Shown: positions 48,364 to 57,600 of the stretch, piece by piece
Position numbering within the stretch: position 1 is the stretch's first letter
Layout: every line of letters starts with the position of its first letter
Source: Patescibacteria group bacterium
GTDB lineage: Bacteria; Patescibacteriota; Minisyncoccia; Minisyncoccales; UBA10102
Assembly (NCBI GenBank): GCA_024239055.1
Contig: JANBVJ010000001.1
Coordinates: forward strand, 368,572-432,571
Direction of reading: 5' to 3'
DNA: 64,000 nucleotides
Program-made: the position numbers and the translations under genes
The notes under the pieces: generated by a model
Told to the model about the DNA's origin: nothing
Databases searched by the model: none
Seen by the model: only the letters and a program-made list of their open reading frames with translations

Positions 48364-49626
48364 TTATATACGCAGTAGCTTTCGTAATTTCTTTGTATCT
48401 TGAAATGGACCTAGCACGGCGAGATTTATCTTTTCTGGCACAAACAGCTCTTTAGCCAGTGCCTTTATATCCTTTCTTGATACTACATCAATTTTATCAT
48501 AAATCTTCTCAGGAAGGTAAATATCCTTTTGTAAAATCTCTTGCAAACCATAAAACATAGTCTGCTCGTTGGACGACTCCAAGGTAAGCGCCATCTTTCC
48601 TTTCATATTCTCTTTTGCCTTTTTAAGCTCATCTGGAGAAACTAAAGAGGTAGAAACCTTTTTATATTCTTTTAATATCGTGCCAATTGCCTTTTCTACA
48701 TTCTCATTCTGCAAGCCTGCCTGTGTGACGAAAAATCCAACATCTGGATCAGCTTCCGCTGCCGTAGAAATGGAATAGGCAAGTCCAAGTTTCTCTCTTA
48801 TCTCAACAAACATCCGAGAGCTCATCATGCCTCCCAATAACACAGCTAAAACACTCTGAGTATAGCGCTTTTTATGAAACAAGTTATATCCTCTTGCGCC
48901 AAGCATAATGTGTGTCTGATCTGTCTTACGATACTCAAGTAAAACTCCCGGAGTATCTTGATGATCAATTACTTCTGGCTTTTGCATAAATGGAGTTGTT
49001 GGCATTCCTTTAAACTTTGTCTTTATTATGTTCTCAACTTCTTTTGTTGTAATATTTCCAGCAACACAAACTACTGTATTTGAAGCTACATATTGATGAG
49101 ATACATAATCAATTAAAGATTTCCTTGAGATATTCAAGATACTTTCTCTTGTTCCGATAATATCCCAACCAGCTGGCTGATCTCCATATAAAAGTCTTCT
49201 CCAGAGATTCTGAACATGAGATCCTGGCATATCTTTATACATATTCATCTCCTCAATAACCACTCCCTTTTCTCGTTCAATCTCGCCTTTAGGAAGCTTA
49301 GAGTTTAAAAAGATATCAGAGACCCAATCAATGGCTAAACTCAAGTGTCTTGAATCAACCTTAGCAAAATACATCGTAATATCCTCTCCCGTAAACGCAT
49401 TAAATACTCCTCCAACTTGATCTAAAGACTCTGAAATCTCAAGATGAGTTGGGCGCTTTGTAGTCCCTTTAAAGAACATATGTTCCAAGAAATGGGAGAT
49501 ACCAGACACTGTCTTGTTCTCATACTTTGAGCCCGTACCCACCAATACTAAAACAGTCACGGTCTTTGTGCTCTTTTGCGGAACCGTGACGATTCTTAGA
49601 CCGTTTGGAAGCGTTATCTTACGCAT
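48364..49626 (-). CDS. M16-family (pitrilysin-like) zinc peptidase
   Basis: HFLEHMFFKGT inverted zinc motif. I trimmed the start to MRKITLPNG (49626). Confidence 0.85.
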   Translation of the reverse strand: MRKITLPNGLRIVTVPQKSTKTVTVLVLVGTGSKYENKTVSGISHFLEHMFFKGTTKRPTHLEISESLDQVGGVFNAFTGEDITMYFAKVDSRHLSLAIDWVSDIFLNSKLPKGEIEREKGVVIEEMNMYKDMPGSHVQNLWRRLLYGDQPAGWDIIGTRESILNISRKSLIDYVSHQYVASNTVVCVAGNITTKEVENIIKTKFKGMPTTPFMQKPEVIDHQDTPGVLLEYRKTDQTHIMLGARGYNLFHKKRYTQSVLAVLLGGMMSSRMFVEIREKLGLAYSISTAAEADPDVGFFVTQAGLQNENVEKAIGTILKEYKKVSTSLVSPDELKKAKENMKGKMALTLESSNEQTMFYGLQEILQKDIYLPEKIYDKIDVVSRKDIKALAKELFVPEKINLAVLGPFQDTKKLRKLLRI

Positions 49627-50983
49627 TAAACTTGACTGAGAGTGTTTCAACAAGATCTGAAACCAATACGCGTTCTTGCTTCATTGTATCTCTGTCCCGA
49701 AGCGTAACGTCATTATTCTCCAAAGACTCCACATCCACAGTTATTGCATACGGGGTTCCAATCTCGTCCTGTCTTCTGTATCTTCTTCCAATCGCCCCAG
49801 CCTCGTCATACTGAACCTCAAAATGCTCTTGCAGAATATCTGTAACCTCTCTTGCCTTTTTTACCAACTCTGGCTTGTTCTTTACTAAAGGGAAGACCGC
49901 CACCTGTATTGGAGCTATATTCTTTTTCAGCTTTAACATAATCTCAGCCTCTTTTGTTGACTCTGTTGTAGTAGTTCTCCCTCCCTGCACCTCCTCATAT
50001 GCATCAATTAGGAGAGCTAGGACCAATCTCTCAATTCCTAGAGTAGGTTCAATGACATATGGGTAATATTTCTTCTTTGTTGCTTCGTCAAAATACTGAA
50101 GATCTTCTCCTGAGCCTTTTGCATGCTGTTTTAAGTCAAAATCCCCTCTGTTTGCTATTCCGGCAAGTTCTGCCCAACCAAAAGGAAACTTATATTCAAT
50201 ATCCACGGTACGTTTTGAGTAGTGAGCCAAGCTCTTTTTAGGATGCTCATACCTTCTCAAGTTTGCCTTTTTTAATCCCATATCCAAGAAGAACTGCTCC
50301 CATTTATTAACCCATATATCAAACTCTTTATCTGCGTCTTTTGGATTCACAAAATATTCAACCTCCGCTATCTCAAACTCACGGGAACGAAAAGTAAAGT
50401 TTCCCGTTGTAATCTCGTTGCGAAATGACTTTCCAACCTGAGCGATACCAAAAGGAATCTTGAATCTCATGGTTTCCTGTACTAACTTAAAGTTAGTAAA
50501 CATTGACTGAGCGGTTTCTGGTCTTAAATAAGTAATATTCTTTTCATCCTCAACTGGACCCAAATAAGTCTTAAACATTAAGTTGAAGTTCTTGGGAGAG
50601 GTAAACTCCTTTTTCCCGCATGCAGGGCATTGATTCTTTGCCTTTGCCTTTCCTTCTCCGACAAATCTGCCTTCCTCCATGTAATCTGCACGAAATCTTA
50701 AATGGCATCCCTTACACTCAACTAGCGCATCAGTAAAGTTTTCCTCGTGTCCCGATGCTTTCCATACCTTTGGATGCATTAAAACAGACCCATCAATCAA
50801 GGCCACATTGTCCATTCCCTGCACAAATGTCTTTAACCACTCTTTTTTTACATTGTTCTTTAGTAAGGCGCCAAGTGGACCATAATCCCACAAGGCCTCA
50901 ACTCCCCCATATATCTCAGAGGAAGGAAAGATAAATCCCCTTCGCTTAGCCAACGATACGATTTTCTGCATAAGGCCATCCAT
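49619..50983 (-). CDS. glyQS: Glycyl-tRNA synthetase (alpha2 type)
   Basis: IVSLAKRRGFIFPSSEIYGG and FRNEITTGNFTFRSREFE motifs. I trimmed the start to MDGLMQKIV (50983). Confidence 0.9.
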   Translation of the reverse strand: MDGLMQKIVSLAKRRGFIFPSSEIYGGVEALWDYGPLGALLKNNVKKEWLKTFVQGMDNVALIDGSVLMHPKVWKASGHEENFTDALVECKGCHLRFRADYMEEGRFVGEGKAKAKNQCPACGKKEFTSPKNFNLMFKTYLGPVEDEKNITYLRPETAQSMFTNFKLVQETMRFKIPFGIAQVGKSFRNEITTGNFTFRSREFEIAEVEYFVNPKDADKEFDIWVNKWEQFFLDMGLKKANLRRYEHPKKSLAHYSKRTVDIEYKFPFGWAELAGIANRGDFDLKQHAKGSGEDLQYFDEATKKKYYPYVIEPTLGIERLVLALLIDAYEEVQGGRTTTTESTKEAEIMLKLKKNIAPIQVAVFPLVKNKPELVKKAREVTDILQEHFEVQYDEAGAIGRRYRRQDEIGTPYAITVDVESLENNDVTLRDRDTMKQERVLVSDLVETLSVKFNA

Positions 50984-51025
50984 AAAGATTACTTTACCAG
51001 ATTTAAAGTAAATGTACACCAAAAG

Positions 51026-51054
51026 TTGACAAATCATACAATTAGGTGTACACT
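51026..51054 (+). promoter_or_regulatory. Possible promoter TTGACA-17-TACACT for the GC-rich ORF
   Basis: TTGACA 51026-51031, 17-nt spacer, TACACT 51049-51054. It lies in the divergent region shared with glyQS. Confidence 0.35.
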
Positions 51055-51122
51055 ATTGTTATACCTGTCGGCGGGAGAAACTCCCTTAAACATCTAGGCC
51101 GGCAAGAAGAAAGGAAAAAACG

Positions 51123-51998
51123 ATGACGACACAAACGTCGATCACGTCAGGACAAAAGAAGCAGTACCTAAGATTTATGGAGGATGCAGCCGAGCGCGCA
51201 CTCGTGGAGGTCGGCCTTGACAAGGACGGCATCCAGAACCTCATTGAGCGGGGCGACGAGTTCCATGCGCACGTCATTGCCGGCATACGGAAGCTCTCCT
51301 TGAGCAACCAGTACGCCGACGAGAAGGTAAAGTCCAACTACGGCTACCTCTCGGGCTACACGCCCAAGGGGATCGCAGAGCAAGTAGCGATTCTGCGTGA
51401 ACTCTTCCCGGAGCTCAAGGACGCCACGTTCGACGAGAGCATCGCCAGCCAGGCCTTACCCGAGGGCGCCGAAGGGTGGTTCGCTATCCCAAGGTGGGAG
51501 CTGATCGCGTCAACCAACGGCGAGGCTGTTCAGAAGGTTCTGGACCTGATCAAGCAGACCAGAAACGATAAGTTCTACAACTACCGCCAAGACCGGCTTG
51601 GCCCTAACTGGCTCCGTCAGCGCGGGCGCACGGTGATGATGCTCCAGAAGCTGGGCGAACAGCAAGCAAAACACGACATCCTCGTGATACCGGCCCAGTT
51701 CGGGCTCCATCACAGGGGCCGTTCGGTCCGCTTGGCTCGTGAGGACTTCAACGCCTCAGAGTTCGGCCTCGGAGCCTTCGCGATCGGGATCATGCTCCTG
51801 ACACACTCGGAACGTTTCCAGCACTTCAACGATCTCTGGATCGACTGTGCCGGAGAGGAATACGCTCCGGGTGCCGATGGCCAGTTCAACAGCGCGCCGT
51901 ACTTCTTCTTCGGCGGCGACGGGGTCGGGTTCGGCACATACCAGATTGTCCAGGCCCCCGACTTCTGTGGCTCGGCGTCGGCGTTCGTACCGCAGTAG
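51123..51998 (+). CDS. Compositionally foreign orphan protein (291 aa), function unknown
   Basis: Long ORF with strongly G/C-ending codons. Hand-counted 60-nt blocks give 68%, 62%, 67% and 65% GC, against 42-43% in the flanking host genes. AAGGA SD 7 nt upstream and a host-type terminator downstream. No family recognised. Confidence 0.7.
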   Translation: MTTQTSITSGQKKQYLRFMEDAAERALVEVGLDKDGIQNLIERGDEFHAHVIAGIRKLSLSNQYADEKVKSNYGYLSGYTPKGIAEQVAILRELFPELKDATFDESIASQALPEGAEGWFAIPRWELIASTNGEAVQKVLDLIKQTRNDKFYNYRQDRLGPNWLRQRGRTVMMLQKLGEQQAKHDILVIPAQFGLHHRGRSVRLAREDFNASEFGLGAFAIGIMLLTHSERFQHFNDLWIDCAGEEYAPGADGQFNSAPYFFFGGDGVGFGTYQIVQAPDFCGSASAFVPQ

Positions 51999-52069
51999 AA
52001 CCTTAAATTCTTGTTCCCTTGAATCTTTTGACTTCTTGTCTTTTGATTCTTGAATCCGCGGACAAAAAT

Positions 52070-52118
52070 GAGAGAGTTATCCACAATTCGAAGTGGCTCT
52101 GACTCTCTCTTTTCTTTT
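52070..52118 (+). terminator. Intrinsic terminator downstream of the GC-rich ORF
   Basis: GAGAGAG...(inner CCAC-AATTCGAA-GTGG)...CTCTCTC, followed by TTTTCTTTT. Confidence 0.6.
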
Positions 52119-52216
52119 ACTTAATGTTTTAACCTATTCTCTATTTTCTGTTAAGGTTATTAGGATGGATGGAAATGAAACTGTCTTCATTATATCTATT
52201 CTACTTAAAGTAACCT

Positions 52217-52257
52217 AAAAGAAGGGGGATGTGATTAAAATATCATCACTTCTCCCC
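52217..52257 (-). terminator. Probable terminator of the 555-aa gene
   Basis: Minus strand: GGGGA-GAA-GTGAT-loop-ATCAC-A-TCCCC, followed by CTTCTTTT. Confidence 0.45.
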
Positions 52258-52277
52258 GCTTGAGATAAGAGTCAAAA

Positions 52278-53945
52278 CTACTGCACTCTTCCGTCTGTTA
52301 TACTTTCGTCATCTTCAAGTATTGTGGTAATTGCCTCGTCAGTTGAGGAAACAAGTCTATTGGTAAAGATATCGTCTCCCGTAATCCTTACCTCTGAAAT
52401 AAGCTCTGGGGTAGTGCCTACCTGAAACTCTTGCGGGGTAAAACTGACCTGAAAGGAAACCGAAGCTGCCGAACCAAAGGTTCCGCTCCCCGCTACAATA
52501 TCTCCTGCATCCCAGACAACCTCACGAGATGCTGAATCATACACCAGAGAACTATCTTGAGGAAAGATATTGCCAGACAACTGCACTCCCTGCCCCAAAG
52601 ACGCCCTTACTTTTACGTTATTAACATCATTATATGAGTTAGAAGCTGTCCAAGTAATGGTATAGGTAGTTGAAGTTTCGACTTGCGGAGGCAGGGGCCC
52701 CTGATTACCAAAGACCTCATCCTGGAATCTTCCTGTCTGCTCAATTAAAAGCTTGGAAGATACGGGAACCTTAAACTCTTCTCTAATGTCCGACAAGACC
52801 ACTGTTGTCTTTATGGAGAAGTCCTTATCTTGAGCACTAAACTGTTCCCATTCCTCTAGAACATTCACCCAAAACTCAACTCTTCCTTCCTCGCCCTTTC
52901 CCAGAAATCTTAAGCGCCCAACATCGCGGGACTCCCAAAGAATAGATTTTCCTCCCTGCTGGGATTCCCCATATGTTGATGTAAGAGTTGAGAGATTAAG
53001 AGGGCGACCATCAAGATTAATCACCAAGAACAGATTTTCTAAGTTCTTATCGGAAACATTCTTAAAAGAAATCTCGTAATGCAGGGTATCTCCAGGTAAG
53101 GCTACAAATCCTACCTCGTCATTCACGCGTTGTGAAATAATCATCTGAGGAACCGCAATCTCAACTCCTCTGACTGACTCCTTAAACAATGTAAAGTCTC
53201 CGTCTTCCCAACTGCCGATTCTTGCTTCAAATATCTTCGCCTCATTCAATTCCCCTTCAATAGATCCGGTAATGGTAATACGTCCACCCTCAGCTCTGTT
53301 TACAAGGCCCAAAGACCACTCTGAATCTCCAATGGATGTAGGGGAGGCGCTTTTAAAAGTAAATCCATCTGGGTAGTCAATTGATATTCTCATATTAGAA
53401 AGCGGATACTCTGAATTTGAGAAATAGTTTAGAGAAAATTCAAACTCCTGTCCTGACTCAATCCTCGAAGGAAGATCAAGTTCAAAGTTCAGGGGCACAA
53501 AAGAAATGACGGTGGAAGCCGTGGTTTCAGCTGAGAAGCGACCAGTTAGATTCTTTGGAGTATAGGTAATCTGAGCTTTGGCTTCCTTAACCTCATTTTT
53601 CTTTCCAAAGAGACGGGCGGGAAACTCCATAGTTCGTTCCTGTCCAGGATAAATATCTTCTAACTCCTGAGTAACGCGTCTTGAATCTCCCTCCAAAAAT
53701 ACCGCTCCCCCTGGATACTCAAAGATAAGAATAGGATTCTCCAATCTTACATTCCCATTGTTCTTGTACTTCACCGTATAGACAACCTCTTGGCCCATGT
53801 CAGCCTCATCAGGCGCTAAAATCTCAAGCCGCAATACTTCTTTTGAAAAAATATTCTGCTGCCATACAAAAGCTGCTATTGCAATAACAACAAGAACGGA
53901 AATTGCAATAATCCACGAACGTTTTATTTTTTTTCTTGAACGCAT
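52278..53945 (-). CDS. Membrane-anchored protein with repeated beta-sandwich (DUF11/CARDB-like) modules
   Basis: N-terminal TM helix WIIAISVLVVIAIAAFVW. Repeated Y-x-I/V-x-Y/F-x-N-x-(G/S) strands, for example VVYTVKYKNNGNVRLEN, LHYEISFKNVSDKNLEN and YTITWTASNSYNDVNN. Confidence 0.6.
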   Translation of the reverse strand: MRSRKKIKRSWIIAISVLVVIAIAAFVWQQNIFSKEVLRLEILAPDEADMGQEVVYTVKYKNNGNVRLENPILIFEYPGGAVFLEGDSRRVTQELEDIYPGQERTMEFPARLFGKKNEVKEAKAQITYTPKNLTGRFSAETTASTVISFVPLNFELDLPSRIESGQEFEFSLNYFSNSEYPLSNMRISIDYPDGFTFKSASPTSIGDSEWSLGLVNRAEGGRITITGSIEGELNEAKIFEARIGSWEDGDFTLFKESVRGVEIAVPQMIISQRVNDEVGFVALPGDTLHYEISFKNVSDKNLENLFLVINLDGRPLNLSTLTSTYGESQQGGKSILWESRDVGRLRFLGKGEEGRVEFWVNVLEEWEQFSAQDKDFSIKTTVVLSDIREEFKVPVSSKLLIEQTGRFQDEVFGNQGPLPPQVETSTTYTITWTASNSYNDVNNVKVRASLGQGVQLSGNIFPQDSSLVYDSASREVVWDAGDIVAGSGTFGSAASVSFQVSFTPQEFQVGTTPELISEVRITGDDIFTNRLVSSTDEAITTILEDDESITDGRVQ

Positions 53946-53962
53946 TTATTTATTCTACCAGA

Positions 53963-54685
53963 TTAAGAAATTCGCTCCAAGACATGAGCTAAGTAATTCC
54001 GCGATGCCTGACGAAACGCCCTAGTCTCAGAAAGGGGCATTGTGGTATTAGAAAGAAAAGCTGTATCTGAAATTAACATATTACGCAGCTGTCTTAAAGT
54101 TTCGGGAGACAGCTTTATGCCTTTTGATGCAGCGCATTGCGTACATTTAATTCCTCCGTCTATTGCATGAAAGAAAACATCTCTATCCTCCACTCCTCCC
54201 TTACACGAAACACAGGAATTAAGATGAGGTTTATATCCAGTTAAGGAAACAAGATTCCATAAAAAGTGATATGGGAGAAGATTCAAGGTTTTTACATCAA
54301 GAGTTTTTTGATTCAACGCATACAAACTATTCATTATTAAACGCCAAGCTGTTTGTTCTTCCTGCTCTTGTGAAAGTAGAACATCCATAGAACGAAAAAT
54401 ACTGAAAGCAGTTCTCAATCTCTTCATATCTTTTGCAATATTAGAATAATGAATCTCAACCTCAGCTGCAGTAAGAGTCTTCCCTACTTTTCCTTGAATA
54501 AACTCCAGATTCACAACGGCACAAGAGACCAACCCACCTCTGAGTTTTGAAGTGATTTTTCTTTGTGAAACCGCACGAAGCCGTATCTTACCAAATAATT
54601 CGGTAAACACAACAAAAATACGGTCAGCTTCTCCAGTGTTAAAAGAAGTAAGGATAATTCCAGGTGTGCGATAATATGTTGCCAT
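53963..54685 (-). CDS. recO: DNA repair protein RecO
   Basis: OB-fold N-terminus (YRTPGIILTSFNTGEADRIFVVFT) and the zinc motif CVSC..CTQC. Confidence 0.85.
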   Translation of the reverse strand: MATYYRTPGIILTSFNTGEADRIFVVFTELFGKIRLRAVSQRKITSKLRGGLVSCAVVNLEFIQGKVGKTLTAAEVEIHYSNIAKDMKRLRTAFSIFRSMDVLLSQEQEEQTAWRLIMNSLYALNQKTLDVKTLNLLPYHFLWNLVSLTGYKPHLNSCVSCKGGVEDRDVFFHAIDGGIKCTQCAASKGIKLSPETLRQLRNMLISDTAFLSNTTMPLSETRAFRQASRNYLAHVLERIS

Positions 54686-57600
54686 TAGAATTTGCGAATA
54701 CCCATCCAGAGTTTCATGCCTTCCAAGAGAAAGTCCTGCTCCACGTCAAAGACCTGTTTTGGGCGATCCCCCACTTGAATATCAGACACTCCAACTAACT
54801 GAGTTATTTGTTTTGAGTTGGTACCAATAAGATTTTGCAGTTCTTTGTTTCCTGAATATCTAAGCCGTATTCTATCAGATGGTTTATACCCAGCCTTTCT
54901 TCTCATGCTCTGAATATGACGAATAATCTCACGCACCTGACCCTCTTTTCTAAGTTCCAGAGTAATATTTATATCGAGCTCAACATCTGTTTTTAAAGAA
55001 GAGGAAAACACAATTTTTTTCACATTTACCTCTTCTACAACTAAGGATGCTAATTTAGGATCCAGTTTTTTTCCTTTAACACTAAGTTTTCCCAGGGGTT
55101 GCCTAACCCGAATACCTTCTGCTGCTCTCACAGCCAGCGTATGCTGAACAATTTTTCTAGCTAAAGTCATGTCTTCCTGGAGTTTCTTTTTTATAAGAGC
55201 TGTCTTTGCCTTTGGCCAGTCTTCTAAATGCACACTCTCCATCTCACCCTTCAACTCTCCGTATATATGTTCTGTGAGAAAAGGAATAAAAGGAGCAGAA
55301 AGCTTAGAAACATTCAGCAATACCTCGCGCAGAGTATTTGATGCTTGTTTTAAATCTGCCCTAGACGATGGATTCTGAAATCGACTTCGGGACCTCCTGA
55401 TATACCATAAAGACATATCGTCTAAAACAAAGGATTCTATTGCGCGCGCGGCTCCCGTAACATCATATTTTGAAAGCAAATCTGTTGTTTCTTTTACAAG
55501 AGAATTCAGACGAGAGAGAATCCAGACATCCAGCACATTACTGGACTTTGTACTCATACCTGGCTTTGCATACGTCTCATAAAACACATAGGAGTTTAGG
55601 AGAGGAAGCATAAACTTTCTGACTGCTAAAGCCACGTCTTTTTCAGAAAAGAGCTTTGGTTCAGAAGGATTATTTATTGTGTAGAAATACCATCTCGTAG
55701 CATCACTACCATATTCTTCCATTATATCTGAGGGATTCACTACATTATCCTTGGACTTTGACATCTTCTGCCCTTTTTCATCTAATACATGGGCGGGCGC
55801 GATAACATTCTTAAACGGAGCTCCCTTACCCAATAAGGTTGAGATGGTCAACAACGTATAAAACCATCCCCTTGTTTGGTCAATTGCTTCAGAAATGTAA
55901 TCTGCAGGAAACTGTTCTTTTTTATCTATCAAGTTTTTATTCTCAAAAGGATAATGATACTGCGCAAAAGGCATGGCACCAGAATCAAACCAGACATCCA
56001 CAACCTCCTTTACTCTTTGCATCTCTCCATTACATGTTGCGCATGATAAAACAACATCATCAATATAAGGCCGATGAAGGTCTAACTCCATATCTTCATT
56101 ATATGGAAGGTGTTTAAACTCCAGCTTCCTGCATTGAGCCGTTGCAATACTTTTATTTTCCTTATATTCAAAAGATTCCTTATTGGTTAATCCTAGTACA
56201 GCTGTTTCAAGCATAGTTATAGGAGTCTGATGAGAAATTAATAATATAGTCTTTCCTTTATACTTTTTCTCCAGAGCTTTAAGTAAGTTATATGTTCTCT
56301 TTTTTACATCACTGTAACTCTCTCCTTTTGGATGTCTGATACGCATCTTTTTCTCAAAGATTTCATACGGCGTTAAATCATCTTCTCCAAAAAATGCCTT
56401 AGCCTCCTTGCGAAGCTTCCCATTAAAAATACCGACATCATCCTCGCGCAATGCCTTTTCAGGCAGAAATTTCACATCCAGCTTCTCCGCTATAATTTCA
56501 GCTGTTTCTTTGGTTCGCAGTAGATCGGAGGATAAAATAATATCTATTCCTTTATTTTTAAGTTGTTTGGCGGTGGCAACCGCTTCCTTTCTTCCTTTTG
56601 CAGTAAGGTGCAGTTTTAGATTCTCAGGCCATGAAAGGTCCACATCATCCATATTCTGGCGCTCAGAATGTCCATGACGCATAACGTAATAAGTGTTCTT
56701 TGACTTTTGCTTTGAGAGTAAATCATTCCGAGAACCAATAACCTCATACTCCTTACAATTATTACACTCCCAAACAGGAAGTGGGGTTCCCCAGTAACGT
56801 TCTCTGGAAAACGTCCAGTCCTTTGCCTCAGCTAACCACTTACCGAATCTTCCTTCTTTCATATGGGAAGGCACCCAGTTTATGGTCTTGTTGTTTGAAA
56901 TGAGTTTTGTACGGTCTTTCTGCACATTCACAAACCATCCCTCCTTTGCATAGTACAAAAGAGGGGTAGAACACCTCCAGCAAAATGGATACTCGTGCTC
57001 ATACATCTCTTCTTTGAATAAAAGACCTCTTTTCTTTAAATCCTGAATAATTAAGGGGTCTGCATCTTTTACAAACTTCCCCTTCCACGGAGTCACGCTC
57101 TCAATAAACTTTCCTTGTTCATTAACCAAATGAAGCATGGCCAGATTCTCTTTCTTTCCAAGCTCAAAGTCGTCAGATCCATAGGCTACCGCTGTATGAA
57201 CAATGCCGGTTCCCTCTTTTGAAGAAACAAAGTCAGCTCCAACTACTTCCCATACCTTCTTTCCTTCCTCTGGCTTTCCAAAGGAAAAAACAGGCTCATA
57301 TTTTAAACCAATGAGTTTCTTTCCTTTTTCTTTTCTTATCTCTTCATACTCTCCCAAAACTGCAGTAGCGCGGGAGGCTGCTACCACATAGGTCTTTCCG
57401 TCTTTCTTTCCAACTACATAATCTAAGTCAGGGTTTACAGCTAACGCCACGTTGCCAGGAAGCGTCCAGGGAGTCGTAGTCCATGCAAGCAGGTGCATGT
57501 TCTTGCCTTTAACCTTAAAGGATACATATATAGAAGGTTCCTTTACGGTCTCATATCCCTGGGCTACCTCGTGAAAGGAAATAGGGGTTTCACATCTCGG

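Noticed and set aside
51084-52008. CCTTAAA at 51084-51090 and 52001-52007 as a target-site duplication flanking the GC-rich ORF
   Set aside because: A 7-nt AT-rich match within ~100-nt flanks is expected by chance, and no inverted repeats or recombinase accompany it.
51086-52084. Four minus-strand ORFs (51086..51337, 51168..51383, 51510..51713, 51710..52084) antisense to the GC-rich gene
   Set aside because: High-GC sequence suppresses stop codons in all frames. Only the plus-strand 291-aa frame spans the whole GC-rich block and has an SD, a promoter and a terminator.
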